DNA from: Vicugna vicugna | Taxonomy: Eukaryota | DNA length: 64,000 nucleotides | NCBI GenBank assembly: GCA_013265495.1 | Contig: MU057887.1 | Location: 4,119,668-4,183,667 of the forward strand | Reading direction: 5' to 3' | Part shown: piece after piece, positions 20,370 through 33,300 of the stretch | How positions within the stretch are numbered: the stretch's first letter is position 1 | Layout of the letters: every line of letters starts with the position of its first letter | Program-made: the position numbers and the translations under genes | The notes under the pieces: generated by a model | The model's database searches: none | What the model was told of the DNA's origin: nothing | Seen by the model: only the letters and a program-made list of their open reading frames with translations

Positions 20370-23090
20370 TGATTACAGATTTACTGAGCATCTGTTATGT
20401 ACCAGATACCTACTAAGGCTCTGTGGATATTGCAGTATATCTGTGGGCCCAGACAGACTGGATGCTGTCATGGAGCTTCTGTTCCAGGGGGAGAGACAGA
20501 TACCGTCAGTTTGTGGTCACTGCTACAAAGAAAATAAAAAGGGTGGCATAATAAAGAGGCTCTTTCATGAGGAGGAGTGGTTTGGCTTGTGAAGTCAGAG
20601 AGGTCCTTTCTAATGACATGACATTTGAACTGCCTCTTGAATGACAAAAGGGAGTTGTCTTGTGAAGATCTAGGGGAAGTTCTAGACAGAGGAATGGCTC
20701 AAGAAAAGTTGGGTGTAGCCATGATGAGCTGTAAGGAATAGCAGAAAGTGTAGAATGGGGTTGAGGAGAAGAGTGGTATAAGAATTGATCGGCTAAGTAG
20801 GCAAGAACTTTGGTTTTATTTTGAGTGTAAGGGAAAGCCACTGGAGGTTGAGAGAGCAGGGGATCATGTGATTGTGTTTTTAGATAATAACTTCAGCTGG
20901 TGTTTGGGAAGTGTACTGTTGCAGAAAGTTGAGGGGAGGAAAGAGTGAGAAGACCATTTAGGAGACTACTAGAGCAGTCTAGGGATAACAGTGGCTTGGA
21001 CTTGGGTAATAACATCAATAGTGAGGAGTGGAAGGGTTTGGGCTATATTTTGGAAGATAAGCCAAGAGAATTGGATAGAGGACTTGATGTATCAAAGTTT
21101 GCAGGGGCTAATTATGGGAAGAGAAAAATCAAAATAACTCCTAATTTTGTTGAGAACAACTCAATGGATGATGGTGTTATTAACTGAAATGGAGAAGACC
21201 AGAAGAGGAGCAAATTAGACAGTAAACAGGTTCTCTATTTTAAACATGTTAACATGAGATGCCCACTGGTCCTCCAACTGGAGATATAAATAGGCAGTTG
21301 AATACATGGACCTGGAGTTCAGAAGAGTTGGAGCTGAAAATACAAAGTTTGAAACTAATGGTAAAGGCTCTCTTCATCTTTTTTGGACTACTGCCATAGA
21401 CTCCTAACTGGTCTCCCTGCTTGTAGCTTCCTCTTGTCCAATCCATTTTCCAGTTCACCCCCAGAGTGACCTTTCCTAACATGCAAATCTAACTATGTCA
21501 CACTGTTTGAAACACTTCAATAGCTTCTATTTCTTTCAGGATAAAATATAATACTTTACTATAGATATGAGATCCTTCATAACCTAACTCTTGACTGCTC
21601 CCCTTCTCAACTAGTTCTGAGTTGTGGCCAAATAATTGAAAGCCTTGAGAGATCCAAAATTTAATGAGACATTACCTAAACTCTACAAGAGTTGTGTATT
21701 TCCAAGAGGTATAATGAAAAGATATCCATTAAAATAACATGAAACTCTGTTAAAGTTAAGAAATCTCTACAGTTTTCTTACAAAAGAGTTAAAGAAGTAC
21801 AAAATGGAATAAAATAATTCTATCATGTGGGTGGTTATAAAAATCTGTGTGACGGCAAAGAAATAGATAATGACATAATTCATACCTAAGTTGTGTGGAC
21901 TACTTGCTCAATTCATTAAGTTATAAAGTTTCACTTACATTCTTTTATCCATACATTCAACACATATTTATTGAGAACTATTTAAGATTCTGAAGACAGA
22001 GCAGTGAACAAAACAGATGAAAATCCTTGGTCTCGTGGAATTTATATTCTAGTGGGGAGAGGAGGCAATAAACAAGATTAATAAGTGAAATAAACATAAG
22101 GAAGGGATAAATACTAAAGGAAAAAAGTGAACCAGGATGGAAGGTGGGAGAGAGTGTACAGTGGCTGCAATTTAGATAAGCGTGTAGGGAAGGCCTTACT
22201 GAAGTGATTTCGTGGAGGAAGTGAGAGAATGAGCCATTTGGATATCTGGGGAAAGTGCATCCCGGGGAAAGTGCATCCCAGGCAGAGGAAATAGTAAGAA
22301 CAACGGCCCTGAGCTAGGAGCCTGCTGGATGAGCTGGAGGGAGAGCAATGAGTGGTATAGTTGGTATAGAGTTAAGGAAGAGTTGCAGAAGATAAGGTCA
22401 AAGTGTGGTGGGTGGAACTGTTGTGGGTCTTACAGGCCACTGAAAAGATTTTGGCTTTTTCTTTGAGTGAGATGGGATCCTGGAGAGTGATAATCTGATT
22501 TACATGTTAATAAGTCACTAGATTGAGAGTAGTTTATATGGAAATGGTGGAGGCAGGGAGACTAGTTAGGAGAGGCCACTGGACTAGCAACAGCTCCCAT
22601 CAGCATGGGAATGATGGAAGTGGTGTGAAGGAGTTTGGTTCAGGGCATATTCTGAGGCCAGGGCTGATAAAGTCAGCGTGAAGTCAGGGAAAATGCTAAG
22701 GTATTTGACTGGGCAACCAGAAATGCTGGTACCATTAACTGAGATGGGGAATGCTGGAAGAAGTAAGTTTGTGTGGGAAAGAAAGAACTCAGTTTTGAAC
22801 ATACTAAGTTTAAGATGCTTATGAGGCATCCAAGTGGGAATGTTGAGTAGGCAGCTGAATAAATGAATTCAGGGGAGAGGGTAGGCTAGAGATAGAAATT
22901 TGGGAGTCATCAGCATACAGATGATATTTAAAGACATGAGAATGGGTGGGATCCAGGGAGAAAACGCAGATGGAGAAGAGGCCCAACATCAAGATTGGGG
23001 AGAGGAAAAGAAACCAGCCAAAGAGACTGAGGAAGAGGGACCAGAGAGGTAGAAGGAGAACGAGGACAGTCATGTTCTGGAAGTTCTCAG
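20370..23090. mobile_element. Cluster of ancient L2 fragments, mostly minus orientation
   Basis: Recurrent L2 motifs: atttactgagcatctgttatgtaccag, cattcaacacatatttattgag, tttgggagtcatcagcatacagatgatattta. Confidence 0.65.
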
Positions 23091-23274
23091 AGAGTCACTG
23101 AACCCCAGTCAATGTCCTCTGATCATTATGAAATCTCAGCAAGCTGAGAACACAACTCTAAAAATTATAAAAGAAGGAAACTCCAAAAATTGTGTGGGAC
23201 AACAGAGGTGTTTCCTTAATGCTGAGAAGGCAGGGAATTAAGATAGGAAACTTTAAATGCATAAAAACTGGAAT

Positions 23275-23686
23275 TACAGGTCTCCTCCACTAGCCAAATG
23301 TAAAACTCTTCATAAGCCAAAATGGCATAAAGCAAAGAAGCAACTACCTTAGGATACATCTTGCTAACAGATGCACAAAATAAATCAGGAAAAAGCACAG
23401 ATGCTTACAGACATAGTTTAAAACTATGGCAGCTTGATGCTGAGATGCTGAGTGTAGTTCCTGGGCAAGGAGCTTGGTGGTGCCACTCTCACTGCTTGGG
23501 GTGTTGGCTGCTTCTATACAGCTGACTGCAAAACAAATGCTGGACACTATTTTCATTTGTCACTTTTTTCATAAGTGAAAATCCTCTTCAGATTTCTTTT
23601 GGTTAGTGAAAATAGGTACTAATGTAGATCTTTTGTAAAAGCAAAGGGATGTAAAGTGAACTTTTGAAAAGCAGGGGATACCTGGT
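23275..23686. mobile_element. Tigger-like DNA transposon remnant
   Basis: Imperfect terminal inverted repeats caggtctcct... / ...ggggatacctg; subfamily not determined. Confidence 0.4.
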
Positions 23687-24799
23687 ATTATAGGCATTTG
23701 AATGTTTAAGAGATCATTCAGTAGCAGATCAGCTTTGTCATTCTAGTTAAAAATGTGAAATTAATTATGGGTTGTAATTTGAGGTCAAAATCTTAGTAAG
23801 TTTATAAAGACTTTTAGGACATTTAAGAGAACTTGAGGTTTACCATATTTATAAGTTTGGCTTGTGATATTTATAAGAATTGTTTAAGAAGGTGGGAAGG
23901 TTTGTTACTAAGACAACTTAAGTACTTAAAGAAATGGAATACATTAAGTTTCTAATTAAGAGTTTAAGTTTGTAAATGGAACAAAAACATTAAGTTACTA
24001 TTAAAATTTGCTAAACCTAGAATAAGACCGAGTTTAAAATAAGATAATACTATTTAGAATGAATAATCCAATACATAATCTTACTTTGGATAAAATTTAC
24101 AAACTGAACTTAAATGCTCAAGGAAGACTAGAATTTTAATTAGTAACTTTAATAAAATAAATATTAATTTTTAAAACCAAAGTAACATTCAAATAGTCTT
24201 TCCTCTGTTTAAATAATGCCTTTAAAGGCATCAAAGCTCACACTTAGTTATCTAGCCATATTATCATATACACCCTAAATTTAAGTCATATTAATATTTA
24301 ATTTGATAAATTTAAGTGCCTACCATACACCACACAGTACTACCAAAACTATGGATTAAAAAATAAATACACAGTCCCTGCCATCAAGGAAATCAGTTTG
24401 GTAAAAAGAAACTTATAAAGCAAGATCCTTTGAATTTCAATAGCCATTCATCCAAATGTCCCTACTCAGCTTCTAACCAAAGCCTTCTCATATAAAAAGG
24501 GCCATTATAGCCACATCACTGAGAACTCTGAAAACACCATGCTGTCTCTTGCCTCCATGCCTTTACGTGTATCATTATTCTACTGCCTGAACTGTCCTTC
24601 CCTTGTTCTTTCTTGCTTTTTAATTTAAGACTCAGCTCAAGGCTCACTTTTTTGAGAAGTCTTTCCTTCCTTACATTTCCCACCAGCCAACCCTAAAGGT
24701 AGATCTGCATCTCTTTTATGATCCCACAGCTCCTCTACCTACATCCAGCCAGACACTTTTAAGTAGGTAAATCTCTATAAGAATCATTGAAGGAAAGTA

Positions 24800-26925
24800 C
24801 AAGGATTATTCCAATTTACAGATGAGGAAAACAAGGCTCAGAAAAGTTAACTAACTTGCCCAAGGTCAGACAGCAAATATACACATACCTGGCAGTATGG
24901 CTCCAGTTTGTGCTCTCACACACATAGGTATTCAATAAATTCTTGATAAATATGTGAGTGAGTGGAAAGAACTGATGAAATGTAGCAAGCAACTGGAGAA
25001 AAGTTCTGTGTACCCTGAAAGCCTGGGCTAGAATCTAGGCCCTGCCACTTACTGGCTGTGAGACCCTGGAAAGTTATCCAATCTCTTTAAGCCTCAGTTT
25101 CCTCTTCCATAAAATGGAAATGATAGCTCCTTTGCAGGTTATTGTGAAGACATACATAGGTACACATATAGCAGACACCCCAAACTACCAAATTAAGTAG
25201 TTGGCATGACTGTATGTTAAACACTAGGTACAGAATAGCTGTCCAGAAAATATTTTACTATAATTAGGTGAGAAAGACATACAAATCCAATAATATAAAA
25301 GCTAACTGTATTTCATGCTTAATATACGCCAGGAATTGTGTAAATTCTCAACAAGGACTGACGGATTTCATTCTCACAACAATGCTATGAAGCAAGTGCT
25401 ATTACTCTCCCCATTGTACAGATGAGAAACTGAGGATTACAGACGAATCCAACCAAAGTCACACAACTAAACAATAGCAGAGTTGGATTCAAACCCAGTC
25501 CTATCCGATTCTAGAGACGGAGCTCCATAGCACTACATTTTCTCCCAACTGCCTCAGACAATACAGTGGGTGTTTTTGAGCCTGACTGTCAGGATGGATG
25601 GAGCAAAGAAGCAAAACGGGGGTGGATGGGTGGGGAGGCTACCGAGTTCAATTTGGGCAACTTGAGTGCATGGTGCCTATGGGGTATCCAAGCATCACAG
25701 TTTAGAAAAACTGGATTAGAGCCCTGGAGAGAGGCTAAACTGACAATAAAGATTTGATGGTAGTTTAAATTATGGGAAGAGATGAAATCATTCACAGTGA
25801 AGGAGAAGAAAAAATGGACTAGGAAGAAGCCCTTAAAAGCATCAGCATTTAAACATAGAAGGAAGCAAGAACATAAAAGTCACTAATAAGCAGTTAGAAA
25901 TGTAGGGAACTGGGCAGTGTGTACTTGAAGCCAGCAGAAGAGAGGAGGGATGGGTCAATTAATTCATTCCGTCAACAGATATTTATTGAATGTCAGGCAC
26001 TGTTTTAGAAGTTTATCAGTATTTCAACAAACAAAACAGACAATAACTTGTCCTTGTGGACTTTACATTTTAGTCAAGGGAGACAGGCAATAAACACATA
26101 AATTTATAAAATGTGAGGTGGTAATACGTGCTATAGGGAAAGCAGAGTAAGGACGGCTGCAGAGTAATGAAGTAGGAGGAGCCACTCCATATATGGTGAA
26201 ATATGAAAGTCCCTCTGAGAAGGTAAATTTTGAAATAAAATCAAAGAAAGTGACTGTGTGAGCCCTATAGATATCTGTACAAAGGGAACAGGATAAAAAA
26301 AAAAGGCCTTGAGGGTAAGTATGCCTAGGTGTGGTTGAGGAAGAACAAGAAGGCTAGTAATGCTGGAGTGGAGGGCAGGATGTTAGGAGATGAGGCAGAG
26401 AGGCTGGGGAGGATACTGCAGTTTAGGTAGGACTTTGGCTTTTGTTCCAAGTGAGATGAGAAGATATTAGAGGAATCTGACTGATGTGACATGATTTGAA
26501 CTATGATTTAAAGGGATCACTCTGGCTGCAATGTTGAGAATAGATTGGGGTGGAGAGGGTGGAGCAGAGAGGAGGCTGTTGCAAAATTCCAGGTAAGGAA
26601 TGATGGGCTTGGACCATAGTGTTAGAAATCAAAATATTAAGAAGTGACTGGATTCTGTACATGTTTTGAAAAAGGAGGCGACAGTATTTGTTGACATCCA
26701 AGTGGGAATATGAATCAGAAGTGTGGTGAAAAGCCTGGCTGAACTTTCATATTCAGGAGATGTTGGGAGTATAGATGACATTTGAAGCCATGGGACTAGT
26801 TGAGGTCACCTAGAAAGTGAAGGTAGATGGAAAAGAGGTCTGAGTTCTCCAATGTCTGGAGTTTGGGGAGATGAGGAGGAACTAGCAAAGAAGACTGAAA
26901 TGAAGCAGCCAGTGAGGTAGAAGGC
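24800..26925. mobile_element. MIR (24800-25530) and L2 (25550-26925) fragments
   Basis: MIR cores tttacagatgaggaaa...cttgcccaaggtca and gcctcagtttcctc; L2 motif attcattccgtcaacagatatttattgaatg. Confidence 0.6.
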
Positions 26926-27945
26926 AGATGGGGTGATGGGAGTGGGCTGAGGAGATGGGGTGATGGGAGTGGGCTGAGGAGATGGGGTGATGGGAGCGGG
27001 GTGAGGAGATGGGGGGATGGGAGTGGGGTGAGGAGATGGGGTGAGGAGATGGGGGGAGGGGGGCGGGGGGAGGGGGTGGGGGGAGGGGGGGGGGGGGGGG
27101 GGAGGGGGGGGGGGGGGGGGGAGGGGGGGGGGGGGGGGGGAGGGGGGGGGGGGGGGGGGAGGGGGGGGGGTGAGGAGAGGGGGTGAGGAGATGGGGTGAT
27201 GGGAGCGGGGTGAGGAGATGTGGGTGAGGGGAGTGGGGTGAGGAGATGGGGTGAGGAGATGGGGTGATGGGAGCGGGGTGAGGAGATGTGGGTGAGGGGA
27301 GTGGGGTGAGGAGATGGGGGGAGGGGAGTAGGGTGAGGGGAGCGAGGTGAGGAGATGGGGTAATGGGAGTGGGGTGAGGAGATGGGGGGAGGGGAGTAGG
27401 GTGAGGGGAGCGAGGTGAGGAGATGGGGTAATGGGAGTGGGGTGAGGAGATGGGGGGAGGGGAGTAGGGTGAGGGGAGCGAGGTGAGGAGATGGGGTAAT
27501 GGGAGTGGGGTGAGGAGATGGGGGGAGGGGAGTAGGGTGAGGGGAGCGAGGTGAGGAGATGGGGTAATGGGAGTGGGGTGAGGAGATGGGGGGAGGGGAG
27601 TAGGGTGAGGGGAGCGAGGTGAGGAGATGGGGTAATGGGAGTGGGGTGAGGAGATGGGGGGAGGGGAGTAGGGTGAGGGGAGCGAGGTGAGGAGATGGGG
27701 TAATGGGAGTGGGGTGAGGAGATGGGGGGAGGGGAGTAGGGTGAGGGGAGCGAGGTGAGGAGATGGGGTAATGGGAGTGGGGTGAGGAGATGGGGGTGAG
27801 AGGAGTGGGGTGAGGAGATGGCGTGAGGAGATGGGGTGATGAGAGCGGGGTGAGGGGAGAGGCGTGAGGAAATGGGGTGAGGAGATGGGGATGAGGGGAC
27901 TGGGGTGAGGAGATGGAGTGAGGAGATGGGGGTGAGGACATGGGG
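26926..27945 (+). repeat. G-rich minisatellite of 13/14-nt monomers with a 68-nt higher-order unit (7 copies) and a near poly-G core
   Basis: The marker 'taatggg' recurs at 27361, 27429, 27497, 27565, 27633, 27701, 27769 (period 68). Monomers ggggtgaggagat and ggggtgatgggagt. Confidence 0.97.
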
Positions 27946-27959
27946 ATTAGGGGTCTGTG

Positions 27960-28450
27960 GGTGGAGTCGGTAGTCGCCACGCCTCGGGTCCGGCGTGAGG
28001 CGGTGGGCGCCTCCCGGAGACGCCGTGGCTCAGGGGTCAGGAAGCCAAGGGAAGGTGGGGCCCTCAGGCCGGCCTCGCTCACCTCCCGCCCGCGCTCGGG
28101 TCCCGCTCGGCCGCCCTCCACCTCCTGAGGCATGAGGCGGCTCCTCGGAGTGACGCCCCGCCCCTTTCCGTTGCCGGGCCCGCCCCCGGAGCTGGCCTCT
28201 CGCCCTCATTGGTTGGCCTCCCGAGCGGAAGGGGCGGGGCCTCAGGGGTCCAGCTCTTGGGATTCCTCGGCCGCAGCCCGGCGGAGGGCTGGGGCCGGGA
28301 GCGGCCCGTGGCGAGGGCTGGTACGGCTTAGGTGAGGGGCACACGCCTCCCCCGTCCCACCCCCGCCCTCACTGTAGTGTTGGCTGCCTTGCTCCGTGAA
28401 CGTAAGTCCTTGCGCGCCTGTCTGTCCGCTTGACCACGGTGTCCGCGTTG
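27960..28450 (-). promoter_or_regulatory. CpG-island promoter of SYCE3
   Basis: CpG-dense. GC boxes at ~28156-28164 and ~28230-28240, CCAAT (attgg ~28208-28212), MYB-type CAACGG (ccgttg 28168-28173), CRE half-site tgacg 28151-28155. Confidence 0.7.
28083..28140 (-). other. SYCE3: Probable SYCE3 exon 1 (5' boundary uncertain)
   Basis: Strong donor GAG|gtgagc at 28083/28082 inside the only CpG island between SYCE3 exon 2 and the CPT1B 3' end. Confidence 0.65.
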
Positions 28451-29976
28451 TCCAGGACAGTCCCTGGCACAGTTTAAATGCTAGCAAACATTTGTTGAGC
28501 GAGTAGTTGGATGCCCCAATATTTGTCTCACAGCTACCATGCGTGGTCCACATTGCCGTAACTCTCTCGCTGAGGAGGATGCAGAGGTTCAAGGAGATGA
28601 GGCAGGGACCCAGGTACATGCATCTTTGAGGCATTTTCACAAATTTTTCCTACAGGCATGTCAAACCCAACATTTAAAAATCTTAATCACCCAACTATGC
28701 AAATAGAAAATGTGAATTATCTTTGATGCCTCCCTATCAGGTTTCAGTCCCACCTTTGACATTCTTAGCTTCCTGATTCTCCAGTCCTCAGTTTAAGTCC
28801 TGTCATTTCTTACAACTCTGCCACCACTATAAGCAGGACCCTCTGATAGGTCTTCCCGTGGCTATCCTACTGTACCCTACTTTGTTCCAATCTTCTGGTT
28901 AGCCAGAGTGATCCCATGAAAACTTAGAACAGATTATATCACCCTCTGCTCAAACCCCAGTGGCTTCTTACCCCATCATTCAGGGAAGACAGAGGCTGGC
29001 CTATGAGGCCCTTGCTGCCCTCCTCCACCTGTCCCCTCCTGCTCTTCCTCGACTCCACGCCAGCCACAGGCCCTCCGGTACTGTTCCTCCACCACAGCAG
29101 GCTCCTCCCACCAGGAAGCGCTGGCTTTTGCTGTCCCCTTGGCCAGGAATACTCTGCCCTCAGGTATCAACATGGGTTGCACCCTCATTTCCTGCAGGTC
29201 TTTGCCACCCTATCTGAAATTGCCAACCCCCCCCCATTGCTCCCTCCCCTTTCTTCCTTTTCTCCTTAGCACTTAATACTGTCTGACATACTATGTAATT
29301 TACGCATTCTTCTTGGTTATTGCCTGTCTCCCTCACTAGATGCTAGGCCCCACAGGGGGGGATTGTCTTTGCCAGCTTGGTTCACGGATGTATCCCAGTG
29401 TGTAGCACACTGTAGCGCTCAAAATGGGTTATTCAAAACATCCTGATTTCCCTGCCAGCTGCTCTGTGCCCTAATCCATGCATGCCTCACCTGGTAGTGA
29501 ATTCCACGTGGGCAGGTGATGCCGTGTTCACCACAGAATCCCCAGCACAGAGCCCAGTCAGTGGTGGGTGCTTAAGAAACACTGTTTTATGGTAAAAGTG
29601 TCATAACCTGGGACTGTATTTACCTAACGTTGTGGTTCTTAGCACCTAGCAGAGTCCTGAGATCTAGATTCAGTCAAGAATGCAGCAACAGTAATTGAGT
29701 GCCTGCTTACACTTTCCATAATATTTTTGGTTAACTTTTAATATTATTTTAATAGAAAAGCCGACCTTGCTCCAGTTTATCTTGTGTGCCCTTTCATAGA
29801 CATGACCACCTGGCCACCAGACCTCAGGCCTGGGACGGCAGCTCCTTCCTATGCCTGGGAGGGGGCGGGGGCCTTCACAGAGCTGTGCTCCAGCCCGGAG
29901 GAGATGGGTGGGCCCCACTCTCCAGCAGACAAACAGAAGCGGCCCCAGGGAATAGGTGAAGGTTCTGAAGCAAGAA

Positions 29977-29982
29977 TTTATT
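29977..29982 (-). terminator. CPT1B distal polyadenylation signal AATAAA
   Basis: tttatt on + strand, ~410 nt after the stop; a second, proximal signal lies at 30165-30170. Confidence 0.7.
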
Positions 29983-30393
29983 CCAAGTGCACACGTGAGT
30001 GTGGATAGAAGAGACACATTTCAAATCAGAAGCTTCTCACAAATAGTCTCCCTGCCTCAGCCCTTCCCACCTCCCTGGCCTAAGCTAGAGCAGGGGGAGG
30101 GCCTCCTAGTTCCCAGACAAAACACAGGTACTTCAATGGTAAAATAAAATTATACAGCCTTATTTTTATTAGCATCTAGCAAGAAAAAAAAATCAAGACT
30201 CCCTCCCTGCTCCAGCCCTACTTCCACCACCTGAGCCCTCAGGAAGCAGTGTCTGCCCAGGGAGCATCTGCTACCAGAGGTGTCCCTGGAGCCTGGGCAC
30301 CAGGGCACGGCCACCCCTTGTGTCTGCAGTCCCACTGCAGGTCCCTTCCCCCACGATGCGGGGACAAAAGGGTAGCTGGCATTTCTCCAGCCC

Positions 30394-33300
30394 TCAGCAG
30401 TCAGCCTTGGGAACTTGGAAAAGATCAGCGATGTCCAGCAGAGCTTGGCGGATGTGGTTCCCAAAGCGCTGGGCGTTCTGTGGGGGCCAAGAGCTCAGAC
30501 CAACCTCTGGACGGGCCCTTGCTGCTCTGTTCCCACAAGCAAGGATTCTTCCCCAGCCAGACAGGGCCCTGGGGGGGTGCCCCTCCTCAGGCTGAGAAGG
30601 GGCAGGAGAGACTCACCGTCTCTGAACTTGAGAACTTGCTGGAGACATGGAAGAAGATGGTGTTCTCACCGGCGATCATGTAGGAAACCCCATATCCATC
30701 ATCTGCTACCTGAGGACAGCAAGAGGGGTGAAGAGGTAAACAAGACCCTAAAAGATCTGAGGTCCAAGCTAATGCTGTCCTTCTTCTGCTTGCCCCCGAA
30801 ACAGTGTGCGAACCCAGGATCCAGGAGCTCATGTTCCCTCAGGAGGCCAAGATCACTGCCTCTCTCTTGGGGCAGGGGGGGAGGTCTCTGACTCCCTGAC
30901 AAACTAGCCCACGTGAACGTCCTGGTGGGTGAGCTGGACTCCATAAGCCCACTTCAGCAGCCCCAGGGAGGGTCACTCCAGCGGGGATGTTGACATGGGT
31001 GGGATCCTAGCCACTTTTCTTCCTGGGGTTGACAGGCACCTGCTTCCTTCCTTCCAGGGTAGGTCCAGGGCTGTGTTCTCACCTCCGGGCTGACCTTCTC
31101 AAGGCCCTGCACTCTCCACTGGAACCCCTAGCTCTGGGTCCTGCCCACCCATCGCCCTTCAGGGGCACTTACAGGGCCAAAGCCACCGCCAGCAGCCAGG
31201 TGATTGGGGTACTTGTTTGGGTCAAACATGCGGATCTGGAATTGAGCGATCTGGCTGGTGGAGAGACGCCAGGGTTCTGAGAGTACCTGTGACAGGGGGG
31301 CCCTAGCAATCAGATGCCACGCACTCAGTGCACCCCTGCAGACAGTGGTGACCAAGCACCTACGTGAGCCAGGTACAGTCCTGGAGGAGGATGCAGAAGG
31401 GACGGAACACAGGACCTTCCTGACTGCTGCGCCTGGTCCCCCCAGTCTGTTCTTACCATCACGGCGTCTGCACAGAACCCTCAGTCCTGTGACTCGCCCC
31501 TCCCCTCCTGTTCCTCGCCTACCCCACACCCCTGCCTCAGTGCCAGTGTCGGCACTCGAGGTTCCCTCCACCCGGACGCTCTGATTCTTCCTAGCTTCTG
31601 CACTTTTCTCACAAGCACTGTCACCATCTGACACATCACACGTTTGTCTGCCCACCCCACCATGAGAACACCAGTTCCACGAGGGGCAGGCTCCTGCCCA
31701 GTGCCAGTTCCACAGGCCTTGGTGGGTGTAGAGCGGGAAAGCTGGCTCCAGCCATCCAGGGCAACTTCAGGGGAGCCGGCCAGACAGAAAACAGGCTGAG
31801 ACCCATCAGGAGAGGTCATGAGGACAGAGGACACACCCACCAACACCGACCTCAGCCAGGAAAGGGGAGCTGACCCCCAGGTACTTGGAGACCACATAAA
31901 GGCAGAAGAGGTGCCGGTCAATCCCAGCCCCCGTCATTGCCAGGCGGTACATATTCTGGTGCTTCTCGGCAGCCTTCTGGAACAGATCTTGGAGGTCTGC
32001 TTTCTGGGGGCAGAAATGGAACAGTGAAGAGTAACCCTGACCCTCGAGGAGGCAGGAGACCAAGGGGTCACTTCCCTACGAGGCCATGGGGGGCTCACCA
32101 TGTGGCGCCCCTCCACCATGGCCTGAACGAAGGCTGTGGACTCGCGGGTACAGGAACGTACAGTCTCAGTCCGTCCCTCCCGGAACATTCTAGTCATCGA
32201 GGCTTCATAGGTCAGGCAGAACTTGCCCCTATCCTGGGGAACACAGAAGGGGAGTTTCACAGGTGAACCGGGTGCCACCTGCCTGCTCAGCAGCCCAGGG
32301 CTCCTACCCGGAAGTGTGCCAGCTGCAGGGCGATCTGCACAAAGGCATCGGGGCTGGTCCGGCACTTCTTGATGAGGCCTTTGCCGAAGGGCAAGAACTG
32401 GAAGCAGTACAGCTCCACATCGTCCGCCAGCGCCTTGGCCACCTGGTAGGAACTCTCGATGACCGCCTGGCACTGCCAAGAGATGGAGGGGTCAGCTGAG
32501 GGCAGAGCTCTCCAGCAGGACTCCTGGGTCACGTCCAACAGGACTCCTGGGTCATGTCCAGGAGGCCTAAGAGTCAGCGACGGAGGAAGGCAAGGCTGGG
32601 CAGGCCTAGGTGTGCCCGACATCCTCAGGAGGAGGACACACAAAGGACAAGCCAGGGGCATCAGCACAGGGGCCAGGTTGGACTTTGTCAGGGAGGGAGG
32701 CACTGACAGGTGTTCAAGACACGAGCTCACACCTCACATCTTTCTCCAGCCCCCGGGTGGCCCTGGGGTCTCTGTTTTCCCTGTGGCCAGTGTGGGCCGT
32801 GGGGCGCTCCTGTCCCCTCCCCTAAGAACAGGGCCACAGAACATCTCAGATACTTGTCACTTTCGCACACCCGTCCCTGCCCTTTCTTGGCCTGCACACC
32901 TGCTCAGGGATGTCCCACTGCAGCCGCTGAGGGGGTGCCAGCACAGGGTTTGGTTTACCCAGACAGTGCCCAGTCTCTGTGTAGCCCAGGTGGAAGGCGT
33001 CAGTGCCCACAACAAACTGCAGGGAAAAGGTCGGGCTGAGAGGCCGTCCTGCCACCTCCACCCCTGGCGCCACCCTGAGTCTGCCTTGCGGGGACCCGTC
33101 TGGGCCTGTTACCTCCCAGAGGTGCCCTATGATAGGGGCATCTGCCCACGCGTGTTCTGTGTTGAGGCCCAGCTGGCCGTTCTTGAAGGCGATAAGTGTG
33201 AAGGACTTGTCGAACCACCTGTGGGAGGAGACGGGCAGTGACGCGGAGGCCAGCGGGGGAGCCCAAGGGGCCGTGCGGGAGACCTGGGGCTGCTGTACCT

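Noticed and set aside
22248..22279. 16-nt perfect tandem duplication ggggaaagtgcatccc (similar small duplications at ~32516-32560 and ~56522-56552)
   Set aside because: Ordinary slippage duplications in intronic or repeat DNA with no sign of function.
27299..27790. Regularly spaced repeats resembling a CRISPR array
   Set aside because: No unique spacers; it is a contiguous tandem repeat in mammalian DNA.
26796..28133. 445-aa Pro/Ser/His-rich minus-strand ORF
   Set aside because: It is the C-rich strand of the minisatellite and stays open because of low complexity; it reads through the SYCE3 exon 1 donor into the intron.
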